The position numbers and the translations under genes are program-made. Source: Eledone cirrhosa (taxonomy: Eukaryota). Taken from it: a DNA stretch of 64,000 bases. The stretch covers positions 43,648,001 to 43,712,000 of the forward strand of contig OZ024746.1 in assembly GCA_964016885.1 (NCBI GenBank). Direction: 5' to 3'. The notes beneath the pieces are model-generated. The model did not search any database. It saw only the letters and a list, made by a program, of their open reading frames with translations, and had not been told where the DNA came from. This document shows positions 24,491-38,894 of the stretch, piece after piece. How positions within the stretch are numbered: the first letter of the stretch is position 1; each line of letters starts with the position of its first letter.

Positions 24491-25943
24491 AAAAAAATTA
24501 TTTGTTATTCACATGTATATTATTGATAATGTACAAAGATAAACAATTTTATAAATAGTTAAGATTTAGTGACTTTTTTATAACTATAAACTATTTGAAA
24601 ATAGTGAAGATTCACCACAATTTGCAATTTGGTATATTCTTGAAACTTGAATCTCAAAATATATACATTTACTCAGGAGCTTGACTTCATTCTTATTCTG
24701 CACATCGACAATCTGGAGATTTAACAAAAATAATCTCAGAGCCTCATCCTCCAATCTCTTTAGCTAATAACAATAATTCCTTTTTGGTTGAAGAAAATAA
24801 GTTATATAGATCATGTATGTATACATTGAATCAATCCTAGTTCTTAACTAATATTATATTTTCTTGATTCAGAAGGATAACTTCAGTGGGATTTGAACAT
24901 AGAATGTAATGAGCCAGAATAAATACCACAATTGCATTCTATCCAATGTTCTACCAATTTTTCCAATTCCCCACCCTTGTAGATTCAAATAATATTATCA
25001 TGTAATAGATAATAATTAGAATTGGACAGTCATATTCTTGTTAATGCTTAGTAACTACACAATCTTTTGAAACAGATACGTAAGAATAAATGTTATAGAA
25101 AGTGTTAATGAATGTGAGTAGTAATAGCACAGATCTTTCTATCAAAATACTTTTTTATATGATCATAGCCTCAAGATCATGATCATATTGTATTCAATAG
25201 CCTCAATTTATGCATAGTACACTAAATTTAAGTGAGGATATATCTTTTTTCTAAGTTCCTTTTCTTTCTGCTTATTTTTTCATTCTTACATATTTACATG
25301 TTCTTGTAACTGTCATTTCATATCTTATTTAATGAAAATCATGACATATTTACAAGCTATGCATTTCAAACAGAATATAATTATTAAAAAAATATTTTCA
25401 GCAGAATGTATTTCAACATTTTTTTCTTTTCAACAATGCCATAAAAGTAAAATAATTAAGTGAGAAGCATCAGCATTGTAAAATAGAGATGTTAAACTTA
25501 GTATGAAAATTCATTTTATAAATAAGTATTATATGAATTATAGATTATTATAAATATGATTTACTATTGTTATTGAATACATGTAGATGTTTGACCTAGC
25601 TATATTGAGATTAATACAATTATTGTGTAGATTTTATTTTTAAATAAAATAAAACATACTGTATATTACTATAAATATTATATGACAGGTGTTTATTGCT
25701 AAAAGAAAAAGAAAAAATGAAATTGTTTTTCACTCATACTTTCATTTTGTTGTGTAACATACAAGTTTTATTATTTAGCCCACTTCTTGTCTTAGAATTA
25801 AATGCATTGTTATCACTGTTGTCACTCTAGCTAACATTGCTATCACTACCATTGGTGTCAGTAGCATCATCATCAAATCTACAAAATCCTTTATATATTG
25901 AAAAAGAATTGCCATTAAATATTCCATAACATTATTTAATTCA

Positions 25944-26085
25944 TGCTTTGCAGCATAGTTACGTCCCTTTATGATCTGAGTTCAATTCCCGCCGAGGTTG
26001 ACTTTGCCTTTCATCCTTACGGGGTCGATAAAATAAAGTACCAATAATGCACTGGGTAATTGCTGGCCTAAAGTAGAAACAATTA
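25944..26085 (+). mobile_element. SINE family A with 13-bp TSD
   Basis: Family A body. TSD attatttaattca at 25931-25943 and 26082-26094. Confidence 0.9.
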
Positions 26086-26804
26086 TTTAATTCAGATATA
26101 TCTTGTCTATGTATTTTATTTTTATTTGTGCTTGTGTCTGCCAATGTATGGGTTAGACAGGTTGTTACAATTTGAGGCAGCTCATATTTAAAATTACGTC
26201 CCTTATTGACTAGACAGCCATTGAAAGAATGCCAAGAGTTTAGCCATACTAATACAACTTATATAGCAGAGAGTAATAGCTGTATTTCATCATGGCATCA
26301 GCAAAAAAAAACATTCCCATGGCCTCAACAGGACTAAAGAGTACTCTATATCTAATGTTGTCCCTGATTTGATTAATCAAGCCCCAACACTAAAAATGTA
26401 GCCTTGCTTTTATATAGCAAAAAGTTCTAGTCACTCTATATCATCTTCATTGATTCAAGGCAAATGTGCCCAAGAGTACAGTTCTGAAGGGGAGTGAATG
26501 AACAGGAGGTTAAATTGGGAGAGACTATAGATATATGTGTGAAGAGGGAATGATAGAAGAATAGGATGGTATGGAAGAGAGAGACAATGATAACTACATG
26601 CTGGCTATTTATATTTTTAACTGTTGGTCAATCAATGATAAACGTTATTTGCCAGTTAAATAATTTATGGAAATATAAAAAAACATATAGTGAAACTGAA
26701 GCGAAAACCAAATCAAACAGTGAGTGTGTTTTACTATTTTTTGGCTAAGGCTAAATATCTGAAACCTCTTAATCGTATTTAAGACTATTCAACATAATTC
26801 GTAA

Positions 26805-27012
26805 TATAATCGGCTTGTCTCCCCACAGCCCCGGCAGACAGAATGGAGAAGGCATTTCCCCGGAGGATGGAAAGGGAGACACGCTGGAAAAGCCATTCCA
26901 ACTGGCGGGGCTCACACCTGCGGCTGGCCAGCTCAGCACCTATGGTGGTGAGTAGGGAGGTAACCCTAGGGCCAGAAGTCTCCACTGCCAAGGGTACAAC
27001 CACGAACCTGTT
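26805..27012 (-). mobile_element. 3' fragment of the CRE-like LINE family
   Basis: RFVVVPLAVETSG...LFQRVSLSILRGNAFSILSAG, closely matching 17310-17515. Confidence 0.85.
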
Positions 27013-27842
27013 GGAGAATTTGTAAAATGTTGTGCCATAAGTGTGTTGTGGTAGGAGAGAGCTAATGCTGGATAGCAACAGAGGAACAACATGATGAGGT
27101 AGTGGAAGACAGCTAAGAATATCACAGGGAGATGAAAGTAGTAAAATAAGTGTGACAGGGGGAATTGAGGAATAGGATGGTTGGGGGAGGATACTGGTAG
27201 TTGCATCCTGGTTGTAGGTAGATGATAAAATTAACAAAGAGGGGACAAGACAAAGAACAAAAATAAGGCAAAACGAAAAACAATTTCTTAAGGAGAAACC
27301 TTAAAAAATAATTTTGGGAAAATCAAAGTACAAACGGCCATGGAGATGGACTTTGGCAGTTTTGACTCCTATCAACAGTACAGCTGTCCACCCGGGGTCA
27401 CAGTGTCTGACACAAGTCAAAGCGCCGTCCATGACTCACAAATAGAGACATGGTAAAATAGAGCTAAAGAGGGATAGCAACAGAAAAATGAGATAGTAAG
27501 AGCTGTGGATGCTAGCTATGTCTCGTGGGGAAAATGATGATAGTGGTTAGCGTTAGAGTGTGATGTATTGTTTGTACGTATGAATATTGGATAAATGTCA
27601 ATAAAGAGTCTCAGTGGGATGGAAAGAAAGAAAGATTAGCAGTAAAGGATGGTGGCATTAAATATGGAGATATATCCAATACCCTTCCTTTTCACCTAGG
27701 CATTGTGATGGAAATTAGATGTAGTGGTTAAGGGCTAAAGGTGAGAGATGTAGAATGATAATTGATAATGGGTGGTGTAGTGGTAGAAGGTTAAAGATGA
27801 AAGAGAGGTAGTGATAATGATAATATGTATGTTAATGTTAAT

Positions 27843-27843
<1 letters not shown>

Positions 27844-27912
<69 letters not shown>
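27844..27912. repeat. (AGT)n microsatellite
   Basis: About 23 perfect units; the source of the poly-Leu ORF artefact. Confidence 0.97.
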
Positions 27913-27913
<1 letters not shown>

Positions 27914-30260
27914 AGGTGTAAATGAGAGAAAGGTACAGAAATATGAAAAGGACGACATAGATATGATTGATTAATTTCAGATATATATACATAGAGAAAA
28001 TATTCATCCCTTACATATTTATGTGGCCTTGAATTTGTTATGAATGATAAATTTAAATTCTAATATTCACGTCTTTCTAAGAATTATTATATTTATCATT
28101 GAAGTCAATGCCTTCAACTATGAATCAAAATTGAGTGATTGATGCTAATCATTGAAAGCTTATCTCAACTCATTGATTACACATATATCTACAAGCATGT
28201 TAAATGATTCTTATTGTTTTCTTTAACCATAATGATGAAAGAAACCGTTAAAGATTCTCTTGTATCAGTATTGATGTAAATACAGAAAAGAAAAGTACTA
28301 GAATCTTAACAGATTTTTTTTATTAATCTACTTCATCAAAATTTGGAAATGGGTCTTAGAATGTAAATTAGATCTTTAGCAATTCACTCTGCTTTTCTTT
28401 GTGTAAGGTGCATTTCTCTTAACTGACACCCAGCTCCTCCATCCCTGGTGTTCTATGTCTACCCAGGCTTTCACGCTCCAGGTGGTGTCCATCTTAATGA
28501 CACCTTTAATACCCTCTCCTGAGCCATTCCATATGTATGACTTAACAATCCATATCTCTAGTATTTTATTTTCAGGATCACACTTTTTGAACTAGTTTTA
28601 CAATAAACACAATGTGTCACAATTGTTGCTTAAACAGTGATACCAAGGAAAAGAAAATAGTTGATTAGTTGTGTGTTGTATGAGATAAATATTTAAGATA
28701 GGAATGAGAGTAAACATGTTTATTGTACACTTAGTTGAAGTGGTTGGAGTTATCTAAACAATAGAGATATCAAGAATGGTAACAAGAAGTAGAGATGGTC
28801 ATCATTATCATTCGTTTAACGTCAATTTTACCATGCTTGTATTGGTTAGACGGGTTGTCCATGTGGGGAGGCAAGTCTGGCCAGAGTTGGCCATGCATCA
28901 CACCTTGCTCTTGTGTGGACTGTAAATTTGGCTGGGTATTTTACAGTTGAATGCCTTCCTTTGGTGTTCCAAATACATTTGGAAGTGGTAAATGACAGAA
29001 ATAATGTACTTATTGTGTGTCATATACATGACATGCTTAGAATATTACTAAAACATCTGACCATGGTATGATTATGAAAAAGATAAGCATGTCAGGTCCC
29101 ATCTGTACTCCACTTATTGTTACTCTAAGGATGAGATTTGCTTCAAATTTAACTTATTAAAATCTGATTTAATAGTAAGCAGCATTTATATAGGAACTAG
29201 ATTGACAAACTTTATTTTCCTGGCTAGAAGTTTTTCAGATTAAATAAAATACTAATTAAGCAAATGAGTAACTGTTTCATAATTTTGTTTTATTTGTTTT
29301 GTAAATAATGTGAACAACTAATATAGGTTAAGGATAAGAAAGGTCTCATTATTGTTATACATATGGGAATACTATATATTTGTGAAAAGAGATTTGTTTT
29401 ACAGTATAAGCATGGAATTAAAATCTGATATTAAAAATTAAACACAATATAACCCAATTGTTTATATAGTCTTAAGTGAAATAATTTACTTTTTCTTAAT
29501 ATTCATAAATTTTATTATTACTAGGCTAGTACGTAATTTCAGTTCATATCTTGAATATCAAAACATCACTTTTCTTATTACAGGATGAAATGATATATAT
29601 GGAGCATTCATGAAATTAGATATATTTTCTGCCAAAGTTCTAGTGGTTCTAACAATACATATGGTCATGCAAAATACCATTTTGCTATATTCTTACTCAT
29701 ATGATATTGAAGGTGACATGTTGTTCTAATAATATACCTAAATATCTTGTCAAAACCCTGTTGGTAATGGATAATTTATGTTTCCAAAATGTAATCATTT
29801 GATTTTAAACCACTGTTTCTTATATAGATTGATGTATTAATTAAAGGAAGGTAACTAAAAGTACCCTTATTATAACATGAAATGTAATACTCATATAATG
29901 TATAACATTTTCAAATTAAACCTATTTTATAATACTGTGATATAATCAAAACCTTGATATATACTTTTTATTAGAAGCCAATATTATTTAATTTTAAATA
30001 AATTCAAATGACAAATAATCTTTGAAATAAGAGTCTTTTTTAAAAAGCTTCATTGGCAAACTCTAAATTTTACATATCGACAACTTATATATAGCTTTTG
30101 TTATTCAAAAAAGATCAAAGAATAGTTTTCAGAAAGAAACTTTTGCTATATATCAGAGTTTTTAAGAGTTATCCTGAAGTGTAATTTTCATCACTGGTTA
30201 CTGTGTTAATATTTTTTTCTTTTCTTCATACTAAATCGATTCAAGCATTATTAAAACATA

Positions 30261-30298
<38 letters not shown>

Positions 30299-30479
30299 AC
30301 TAATTTATAACCAAACATATGAATAAGTTTATAACTATTGGTAATCCAAAAAGTAAAGCAACACATGAATATAATCTCAAGTCACCAAATATTGCGTACA
30401 TTTACCAATTGAAATTCTGAAACAATATCTATCAATTTAATATATGCACCAGCTTCTCAAACATGGTAGGTACTTCCTT

Positions 30480-32016
30480 CTGCACCAGCTATCAGGCTTC
30501 TTCCAATTCTGTCTGAACAACGGTGCTACTCCAGAACAGTAGAAAATTGCCAGTGTCATTCCTCTGTTCAGGCTGACCACACATCACCTGTCAGTCTTAC
30601 TAGCTGCATTGCCAAACTGATGGAATCCTGTGTCAGAGAAACACTTTGGAACTTCTGGAACTCTCACAGTCTTATCCGGCCCTCACAATTTGAATTTATC
30701 CCTAACTCCAGCTGCTGTGATCAACTTATCGAGTTTCTTGAAGACATCACCCGGATCACTGATGGCGGCTCATGGGTGGATGTTGTTTACCTTGACTTTG
30801 CTAAAGCTTTCAATTCTGTGCCACACAAAAGGCTTATGGAAAAACTCTCTGCAATGAGTGTGAAGGATGATCTTTTTAACTGGTTGAAGACTTTCATTCT
30901 CAGTCGAAGAGAGGTAGTCACAGTTCTAGGACAGCATTCCTCACCATATGAGATGTCATCTGGTGTACCACAGGGATCTGTTCTTGGCCCCCTTTTGTTT
31001 GTGGCATATATTAATGATATAGATGCCAACTTAAAGAATGCCACAGTACTGAAATATGCAGATGACATCAAGCTGTACCTTGAGATAAAAAGGACAGATC
31101 CTGAACACTATAGATCTTGCCTGCAATCTGACTTGGACACAATGCAACAATGGATCACAGACTGGCAACTCAAGCTAGCTGTGGACAAGTGCACCACCAT
31201 GCATTTTGGGAGTAAAAACCCAGCGTCCACATACTCCCTCCAAAACACTAATATCAAGAAGTCTTCTTGTGAATGTGACCTGGGCATTACGGTCAGCAGT
31301 GATTTGCGTTGGACAAAGCATGTCTCTAAAATTGTCAAGAAGGCCGAGGGTGTCTTAGCATCACTCAGCAAGACCTTTGTCAACCACTCTCCAGTTATCT
31401 ATTTAAGACTGTACATGGCTATGGTGCGGCCACACTTAAAATTTGCTTCACCAGTCTGGAACCCCTATCTTGCTCAAAACATTGACCGCCTGGAAACTGT
31501 TCAGAGACATGCAACCAAGCGAATACCCTCCATCAGGCATCTACCATACTGAGCGCCTTGCTTCCCTGGGCATGGATACATTGAAGCTCCGACGTCTGGC
31601 AACTGACTTGGTAAACACCCACAAAATTATTAACCATCTTGCCAACAACAACCCTGAGTACCTTTTTGATTTCCATGTGTCTAACACACGTGGGCATGCC
31701 CACAAAGTCAGGAAACAGCACAGTTCCCATGACTTTCGGAAACATTTTTTCACACTCAGAGTTGCTGAAGCATGGAATAAACTACCTGCATCAGTTGTTA
31801 ACTGTCGAGACACTGCATCCTTTAAAACCTCCATGCTTCCTGAGATTCACCAACACTACACCTAATATTCCCCCTCCATTCACATACACACATGTATATC
31901 ATGACTCATACACTATTCACTTCCCTGACATTTGTATATTATTCTATGTACTATACATGCACCTTTGATGAGTTGTAGTGCACCTGAGCACTTTACACAA
32001 TAATTTCATTATTATT
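30480..32016 (+). mobile_element. 5'-truncated CR1-clade LINE (RT domain and 3' UTR, (ATT)n tail)
   Basis: DVVYLDFAKAFNSVPH, SGVPQGSVLGPLLF, KYADD, DLGI, VRPHL..ASPVWNP, TRGH and FFTLRVAEAWNKLP. Frameshift near 31545. Confidence 0.92.
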
Positions 32017-32195
32017 TGGCAGTATCGATAGAGGGTCGGACGCCATGCTTTGCAGCAAAGAGTTACGGCCCTTTATGGTCTGAGTTCAAATCCTGCCGAG
32101 GTTAACTTTGCCTTTCATCCTTATGGGGTCGATGAAATAAAGTACCAGTAATGCACTGGGATAATTGCTGGCCTTGTGCCAAAAGTAGAAATTAT
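32017..32195 (+). mobile_element. SINE family A inserted in the CR1 (ATT)n tail
   Basis: Family A sequence, with attattattt on both sides (32008-32017 and 32194-32203). Confidence 0.9.
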
Positions 32196-33082
32196 TATTA
32201 TTTAAAAGGCTACATTGTAAATAAATAATCATTGCAAAAAGGTTGGTTAGCTGTGTCAACAAGATAATCTACATATAAAGAAGGTCCTAAGAAATGACTC
32301 TATGTTCAAATGATTTTGAGAACTCACTGTTCATTCCAAGCAAATACCTTCATAACATTGTTTTGCATTTATGCCTTAAAACCCAGCATCATACGTCTTT
32401 GTTTAATTTGGTGTATTATTCTATATCTAAAACAAGACTTATTGTTTATTTTACTAGTCCATTAACATCTCCTATTGTATGAGTTCTATATAATTATATT
32501 ATTTTCGTATCCATGAATGTATGCCAATAATTTATTTTATATTTGGAAGTTATAAATATTTTTGCATTTTCCTTTAATCATACAACAAACCTTAAATTAA
32601 GGACATCAAAAATATATCAAAGGTATAAAGCAAATTTAAACATTTAAAATTCATTTCATAGCAGCAATATTGGAACTACAATATTTATTGGCAGAAGGTA
32701 TATGTACATATATACATCTTAATATGGCACTACATTTAGAATTGAATAGATATCCTTGAATTGAAGAAATTTAACTCATATATTTTTTTTTCTCTTTCAA
32801 GAGCAAATAATATCAGACATGTAGTTTGAAATGCAACCTTAGTCTTCAAAGGAATCAAATTCAGTTTATTACAGGCAATGAATTTTAAACATACTCTAAT
32901 TACAATGCTAAACAATGATTTTGAAATGAACATCAAAATAACTCAGTATTTCTAAGTGAAATTAAAACACATCAATTACTTTAAAATATGAACTTTGATT
33001 GCAATAACCTCCATGAGTGAAGAAGAAGTAATATTCATTCTCCATATATATTCTTTTAGAAAAATATTTTAAAGATACTTAC

Positions 33083-33241
33083 CGCAGATCCAACTGTGAC
33101 TTGTAATAATAAAGAATCATTTTTCTTTATCAAGCGGTGCTCCAAATGAGGAACCCTTGACCGAGGTTGGTCTGAGGATGTAGCCAGATCAAAAACAATT
33201 TCACGGCCATAGGACTGTTTTTCTTTTATGATAAGTTTTGT
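33083..33241 (-). CDS. Internal coding exon (159 nt, phase 0/0) of an unidentified host gene: TKLIIKEKQSYGREIVFDLATSSDQPRSRVPHLEHRLIKKNDSLLLQVTVGSA
   Basis: Acceptor ...atctatctcttacag, a 53-codon open frame with higher GC than the flanks, and a perfect GTAAGT donor (acttac at 33077-33082). Protein family not recognised. Confidence 0.7.
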
Positions 33242-33479
33242 CTGTAAGAGATAGATATAATTTCATAAATAAACAAAATATATGGAAGAAACTATTTGAT
33301 AGTTTTCTTTTTTGTAAAATGTCAGATTTATTTCTATTAATAATGAAACATTTAGGATTTTCATAAAATGTATAAACATATCTATAGCAATTGTAGTGAA
33401 CTATGTATCTTTAGAGGCTGACTAAAATTACCATTTCTTCTATCTGTAACTTCCTGTGAGATAACAATATTGTGACCTG

Positions 33480-34400
33480 CAATGACCTCACTCTCTCAGT
33501 TTCACACTATCCACTCTTGTATACCTCAAAGTTTGAATTTCCCCCTCAACACATATATCTTACATATCAATGACCTACATGTCATCACCACTAACAACAT
33601 CTACTCTTATAAAAATGAATATACCCTTCATTTCATATTGTGAGTCTTCTACATGCAATTTAGACACCATACACCAAATTCACACTAACTCCATGAACCA
33701 GAAAAATATACTCTAATCATTTCATATCAATATTGTATTTTTCAACAATACAAACTCAATCACTGCAAATAAGAAAACATCATAGCACCTCACTCCTCTT
33801 AAACACAAGCGGTATGCAATTAAAGCCATCACAATTATTAGGCTTTACTCCCACTAAGTTTCCCCTGTCACAAATGCCCATCCTTAACAATGCCAGGATC
33901 ATATCTGAAAAGCAATGCTTGTCGTTTTAGAGGCAGAAAATAATAAAGCTTCTAACAACTATTAATTCTCTACAAAATTCATGTTATACCGACATTGGTG
34001 TACTGAGGTGGTGCTTTTTCTATACACACAGACATTCAAAGCCACATTCAGAAAAAAGTCACATGATTAATTGGTTTGAAGACACTCACAAACATGTTTC
34101 AGCCTCTGGTCCACCTCTCACTTTCTCTCTTTTCTACCATCACTACAATGCCAAGAGCCTTTTGGAGCTGGTTGGTCTCATGCCACCTCCATTTAGTAAT
34201 TCTCATCTTAAGTCCACCTCAACCCACCCCCATGCACTGTACTAACTATTGTGAGCACTCATTCCTCTCTTCCTCTTCGAAACCTCCTTGTCCCTCAAAT
34301 ATTTTCTCCCAGCACGTCTTTCCTATCGTCATTGACATACAACAGTCTAAATTGAATGTTAATGACATCAATTATATCAGTCTAGGAGTGCCTCTTCCTC
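33480..34400 (+). mobile_element. Highly degraded LINE RT fragment
   Basis: Remnants resembling 'LLYINDL...IYSY' (about 33555-33610) and 'SLFYHHY' (about 34125). C/A-rich island with many stops. Confidence 0.5.
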
Positions 34401-36161
34401 CACACCTAACTAATAAAAAATATAATGTCAGCAGGCTACACAATGTAGATATAAAATGTTTATAGTATTCTTAAAAAAAGTGATTTTCATTATATTGACC
34501 AAAGTTCTAAAACTGTTTAAAGGAAAAAAGGGTATGATTGAATGTAGTCAGTATTCCCAACCTAGACTATATACGTAAATAAAACTGTTCTTGCTACAAT
34601 CAGTCTACTAACCCTCAGCAAACACCCTAAACTGAATGCCAACCAGTACCCATGACTCCTGCAAAACCAACCCATACTCAGCCACCAAAATTGGCAAATC
34701 AAACACGAACTACCCATTCTCTCAAACTTGGCTTATGCAACTGAACCACAATAGTCACCTGATGAAGAAGACAGAAGTTATCAAGCTACAACTATCATAA
34801 TAAATAGTTTCTATATAATAAAGCCAAAGTTATTATTATTGTGACAATGACACCATTGTGTAATAAACTGTTCTCCACCTCCTACCATTGTCTCTCAACT
34901 TTCAACCCTTAAACTATTCACTTAGATGACATGATGTTGCACATCAGGAAATCTAGTTCTTACAACACAACATAAAAACCAAAAATAATAAATAGTAGTC
35001 AAGAAAAGACCCAAGCCATTAAAGAAATAAGTGAAATGAATTCAAGATGAAATATAATGTGTGATTTGATTTTTTAGGGAGTATAATTCAGTATAAGTGG
35101 TGAGAAGTAAAAGGTGAGTGCAATGTGTAAACTTGAACAAAGTTAGAGCATCATGCTTAAGGGGATTTCTTAAGAGAAAAATCTATTATTGTAGTGGTAG
35201 GCTAAGAAGTGAAAAATTATAGAATTGAAGTGGGCTGATAACTGAAGATTTGCAGTAATGGAGGGCTTATTGATCAAACAGATGTCATTCTTCTGATAGC
35301 AGCAAGGTTATCTAACAATCAAAGGAAGGATATCAACTTAGTTATCTGAGCTGTACTCTATAGTGATGCATATTTCAGAGACAGAAGTTGCTTAGAGCCA
35401 TCTGTTCTATCATTATAACAATGGTGTCTGTTATTCCAAATCTTCTAACTGTACCACCCCTACAGAAAACTTCAATGTTCTTCAAAGTATATTAACTCAA
35501 ACATACTGAGATAATCTCTGGTGATTGGTTGTGATTGAAATAAAATATTGATAAAATATTCATAAATATAAATATAATATTGATTTGAAATAAAAAAAAT
35601 AGATGTTTGTATATCTATATACATGCACATATAAATACAAAGAAGAATGCATATGTACTTACTCAAATATGTATGCACTCACTCACATATGTTTTAAATA
35701 AACATCTATATATGTTGTGTATTAAAGCCATTAATAACAGCTTTTGTATATTTTTCCCTGTCAATTTACAGGGTGTTGTTGCATCAGTGGATCTACCACT
35801 CCTTATGAGTGCTATCATAATGATGCATATAGAATTTGAACCCAGCCATTAGTCTCAAACATAAGTCTTATAAAGTGCCTGCATGTCATATTTCCATCAT
35901 CATTTAAGCTTGCTGCACCATTGCATTATTTTATTTCATGTTAATACTCTGTAGCCACCTTTACATCTCAAATTCCTGCACTTGGTAAGTCATATGTGAC
36001 ATCAGAATTTGACATTCAACTTCCGTTCCTTTAAGTTTCTTTTCTCAGTTTGATATTAAAATGGATCACTGCTATTAAAACATAGAACATCCATTATCCA
36101 AACCAAACATTCCACTTGTTTTGATAAGCATGCAGTAGCTGATCCATCAGCAGTGTGCTTC

Positions 36162-37050
36162 ATCATCATCATCATCGTTTAATGTCCATCTTCTATGCTA
36201 GCATGGGTTAGACGCGAGTTGACCCACTTGAGGCAAGGTTTGTCGGGTGTCCGTCTCTCGCTCATATAGGACTATCTGGCAGGTTTTCTACGGCTGGATG
36301 CCCTTCCTAACACCAACCACATTTACAGTGTGGTTGGTGTTAGGAACTTTTTACTGTGTTACCTACACAGCCACATTACAGCGTAGACTGTGTGTTTTTT
36401 GTCATGACACCTACACGATCTCGATCTCATTATCTCATTTATTTGGACTGGATGTTGTGGTACAAACTTTACGGAGAGAGGGTGGTATTGGTGGGAGGAT
36501 AGAGTAGGGGTAGTGGATTGGTGTGCATATTTGGTTAAGAGGTGCCTACTGACTGTAGGTTTCGCTGTGTACATAGGCAAGGCAGGTCTTCTGTATTACT
36601 GCATACCGCCAAGGATCTCGGTCCAGTGACATTGTCTTAGAGAGGTGCAAGTGTGTAAGGTTGGAATTTACCAAATCGTCCCAGGTTTTTCTGGTCTACC
36701 TACTCCGTAACTTCCATCAATTTTGATCGCCCTGCACTTTTTTATACAGCTGTCATCTTTCATGCGCATCATGTGACGATACCAATGTAGTATTCTCTCA
36801 AGTAAACAGCATCTGATCCCTCTTATTCCTAATTTTTCACTTATGCTTTGCCGTTTACGTATATTACTATTACACATCCAACGGAGCATGCACACTTCAT
36901 TCCTTTCCAGTCTGAACAGGTCCTCTGCACACAATGCCCAGGTCTCACTGCCATGTAGCATTGCTGTTCGTATACAGACATCATACAATCTGCCTTTCGT
37001 TTTTAGAGAGAAACCTTTTGTGGCCAACAGCGGTGTAAGCTCTTGTATTT
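36162..37050 (-). mobile_element. RTE-type LINE 3' portion with 3' UTR and (GAT)n tail
   Basis: ORF 36668-37027 (KGRLYDVCIRTAMLHGSETW...GRP). The UTR matches 10956-11340. Confidence 0.88.
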
Positions 37051-37711
37051 GAAAACATGTTTGGGAGGTGGGGGAGGGGGGTTATGAATTCTATATTTGC
37101 ATGCTAATAAATTATTATTAGGTGAAACCCATTCTATCACAATATATGTCTTATAATCATAGGTTTGTAATTGCAATTTTGTCTAATTCATCCCTGATAT
37201 CCTTGCAATCAAACTATTCATAAATTAGTTGATATCCAGATAAAAGACGATATGCAATGTAACTTTGCTAATAAGTATACAATACATTTACATAACATAC
37301 CATAGAACATAAAATTAAATTAATAAATATTATATAAGAGTATTTAGTTTAATTCTAAAATAAATTTGGAATTGTAGTTACTAAAGACTCACAAGTCAAA
37401 CAACTAAGTTGACATTATAATTCTTCATTTGTCACGTTTGTTACATTAAAGACATATTATTATTTAGAACAAGATAAAACATTTTTTAGAATTATTACAT
37501 TCTCAACATCATAAAATTTAAATCCTAGAACAGCTTCAGATTTTAAATAATTTCTAAGAAACATCAATATTAATAAACATGATCACGTGTCTAACCAAAA
37601 ATATTAATAGAGAATTTAAGTTATTAAAATATTCCTAATATTTGTGCTTTGCATTTAAAAGAAATATTTTCTGAAGATTTCCATTTAAAATTATGATAAG
37701 CTTATAGCAAT

Positions 37712-38072
37712 AACTGTGTGGTAAAGTTGTTTGTTTCAGAAACACAAAGTGTTGGTTTCAATCATATTATGTGACACATTGAGCAAGTGTCTTCGTTTTT
37801 ACTCTTGATCTGACCAATGTCCTATGTGTAGAATGTAGTAAACAAAACCTGGAGCAGCCTCTTGTATATATATGTGCATGCGTGTTTTATATACTGGTGT
37901 ACATCAGTATATAAAACACCACCCTTTAGGTCAAATGAAATAGCTTAACCCTTCGATAAATCCATATTAATAAAATAAGTACTGGGTGTGGATATGATTG
38001 ACTAAAACTCTTGAATGTGGTGCCCGTTAATGACCACATTCTAATAACTGAAATCAGTAGATGGATAAAAGA
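37712..38072 (+). mobile_element. Degenerate tRNA-derived SINE (family B)
   Basis: tRNA-like head (gtgtggtaa...ggtttcaatc...gagcaagtgtcttc) and 3' part ataagtactggg...gactaaa...actgaaa. A similar copy lies on the minus strand at 52355-52715. Confidence 0.6.
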
Positions 38073-38894
38073 AAATTCTATGTAATACTATCACTTTTAT
38101 TTTTAAATCTTCAAACTAAAGCTGGTTGCAATCTGCTATTACTTAGAAACCCTAATAGACATCCACATAAAACTAAAATGAATTTAGAAATTACTCATGA
38201 AATATATTCAATAATCAGGCAAACTGATATTCAAAATGTAGTGAGTTATGTAAATACTTCAGTATATTATATGGTATATATGACACTTAATTTTAATCAA
38301 TATTCTAAAAAACTAAAATTATTACATGTAAACATTGGTATATTGTTCAATATTGAATATAGTCTATCAATTAAAAATCTATTGTTCACAAGATAATAGC
38401 CTATTATGAACTTGAAGTGATGCAAATCATGAAGAGTGAATTATATTCCAAATTGTAGAACATGTAGTGGATAGTATTGCATATTTGATAAGATAAAACG
38501 CTAGTTAAATAATAATTAACTTCACAAATTATGATAAATAAAGCTGTTGAAAATTGAAAATATTGTAACTGTAAGTTCTCTATCGAAAATTTAACACAAT
38601 AGCTGAAAACGGAAATAGATAATCAATGTCTTTTCATATAAAATATGAACTTCTTCTATTGTTTACTAAATTGTTTGAGTGCATTCAAAACACAGGCAAC
38701 ATTCTTTAATTAAAGTAAAATAATTAAGAAAGTGTTTAGTTTTCTTCTCCTAAATTTTGAATTAAATTCTGATAGTCAATTTTGCTTTTCATTGCTTCAG
38801 GATTGGAAAATTAACTACCAGTAATACATTAGGGTTCACTAGACTATACGACCTCTACACAAACTAGATTTATATCTTGTTGAAAAACTGGTAG

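Noticed and set aside
27735-28007. Poly-Leu membrane protein ORF
   Set aside because: Translation of the (AGT)n microsatellite.
34755-34800. cacctgatgaagaagac as a hammerhead
   Set aside because: Only the CUGAUGA box is present; no stem II closure or GAAA.
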